DNA of 64,000 bases from Halomonas sp. (GTDB lineage: Bacteria; Pseudomonadota; Gammaproteobacteria; Pseudomonadales; Halomonadaceae): NCBI GenBank assembly GCA_020832045.1, contig JAFIFK010000082.1, forward strand, positions 27,072 through 91,071. The letters are read 5' to 3'. This document shows, one piece after another, positions 62,844 to 64,000 of this stretch; positions within the stretch are counted from its first letter, which is position 1; each line of letters opens with the position of its first letter. A program made the translations under genes and the position numbers. The notes under the pieces were generated by a model. It saw only the letters and a program-made list of their open reading frames with translations, was not told where the DNA came from and did no database searches.

Positions 62844-63114
62844 CGTCCTTGGCCGCTGAACCTCTATGCGAGTCTCTTTTTCAGCCTAGCTCCGCTAGGC
62901 TCAAGCGCAACTCTCCTGACGGGTGAGTTAGGTTTGAGTTAGCGGCAAGTGAAGGAGAGTGCCGCATTGTTTCCCGGAGTTCTGAAGAGTAAAGAATCGT
63001 CTTCACCATGGAACCTTTCGGCCTTCTTTCTATCCTGATTGAGTAAGGGAATGGGGATAAGGAGAGCCGGCATACCCGCCAAGCTTTTCCAACGGAATCG
63101 TCATGGAGTGATGA

Positions 63115-64000
63115 ATGAAAAGGAATATTTTTGTCGTGGCGCTGGAAGACCAGCAGCGCCAGGAGCTGGAAACGTTGCGGCATGCCGAGGAGTTCGAGGT
63201 ACACAGCCTGCTGTCGGTCAAGGAAGCCGTCGAATCGCCCAGCTTTTCCTTCAATGCCTTGCTGGACGAGGCGCGCCGCAAACTCGATGAATTCGAGGGT
63301 TCCATCGATGCCATCGTGGCACAGTGGGATTTTCCGACCAGCGTCATGGTTCCTATCCTGTGCAAGGAGCATCAGATTCCGGCCCCTTCGGTCGAAAGCG
63401 TGCTCAAGTGCGAACACAAGTACTGGAGCCGCTTGGAACAGCAGAAGGTCATACCGGAGGTCGTGCCTGAGTTCTGTGGCGTCGACCCCTTTGCCGAGAA
63501 TCCGCTGTCCCAGGTGACGCTGGACTATCCCTTCTGGATAAAACCGATCAAGGCCTTCTCGTCGCATTTGGGTTTCAGGATCGAAAACGAGGAGCAGTTC
63601 AACGCTGCCATCAAGGAAATCCGGGAGGGTATCCGCCAACTGGGCGATCCGTTCAATGAAGCCCTTCGATATGTCGAATTACCCCCCGAAATCCAGAAGA
63701 TGGACGGCAATTCCTGTATTGTCGAGCAGATCGTCTCGGGAGCCCAGGGCGCCCCTGAAGGAACGGTCTTCAACGGCGAGTTCAACGTGCACGGCATCAT
63801 CGCCCAACCCAACTCGGTCAGTAAAGACATCCCCTACGATCGGCTGGAATATCCGAGCAACCTTCCTGAGCGCATCCATCGCGAGATGATCGATGTCTCG
63901 CGCCGTTTCCTCGAGCATATCGGCTATGACAATGGCTGTTTTAACGCCGAATTCATGTGGGAAGAAGAGACGGACAAACTGTGGCTGATCGAATTCAATA
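63115..64000 (+). CDS. ATP-grasp domain protein, truncated at the window end
   Basis: Manual translation MKRNIFVVALEDQQ...CEHKYWSR...YPFWIKPIKAFSSHLG...VEQIVSG...FNAEFMW...LIEFN; frame open to 64000; GGAG RBS. Confidence 0.8.
   Translation, partial: MKRNIFVVALEDQQRQELETLRHAEEFEVHSLLSVKEAVESPSFSFNALLDEARRKLDEFEGSIDAIVAQWDFPTSVMVPILCKEHQIPAPSVESVLKCEHKYWSRLEQQKVIPEVVPEFCGVDPFAENPLSQVTLDYPFWIKPIKAFSSHLGFRIENEEQFNAAIKEIREGIRQLGDPFNEALRYVELPPEIQKMDGNSCIVEQIVSGAQGAPEGTVFNGEFNVHGIIAQPNSVSKDIPYDRLEYPSNLPERIHREMIDVSRRFLEHIGYDNGCFNAEFMWEEETDKLWLIEFN

Noticed and set aside
61695-62942. 415-aa plus-strand ORF
   Set aside because: Shadow of ligD.
62881-63639. 252-aa minus-strand ORF
   Set aside because: Antisense to the ATP-grasp gene, which has an RBS and family motifs.

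Overview
GC-rich gammaproteobacterial chromosome segment; gene content and order suggest Halomonadaceae (inference). It is mostly housekeeping backbone: tesB, tadA, mltF, purL, radD, scpAB-rluB, 2x tRNA-Lys, nadA, bepA, bcp, dapA-bamC-purC, nadC, ampD, aceEF, adk, tsaB, rsmJ, plsB, cls, acs. Two accessory blocks stand out. (1) A ~14.5 kb block between the tRNA-Lys pair and nadA (17544-31996) holds a 2950-aa cyclic beta-1,2-glucan synthase, two unannotated 24-aa hydrophobic micropeptides, a small outer-membrane beta-barrel, an 80-aa orphan, a pseudo-receiver/PAS/PAS/GGDEF cyclase and two tandem Crp/Fnr regulators. By eye, six copies of a 16-bp imperfect palindrome (roughly KGTRCG-N4-CGYACM, a variant of the CRP box) lie upstream of these transcription units. 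Each sits 21 nt before a -10-like hexamer, and the central copy also sits 20 nt before a second, divergent one. This is the geometry of class II CRP-activated promoters, so the block looks like a self-contained regulon. It is the best candidate for an undescribed system. (2) An NHEJ operon (58122-62843): ligD, a 72-aa four-CxxC protein and two tandem, structurally different Ku genes, next to a truncated ATP-grasp gene. Also notable: a divergent bactofilin pair before scpA and a strongly structured nadA leader. No integrase, IS, CRISPR array or rRNA was seen. All family assignments come from recognised motifs and synteny; no searches were run.
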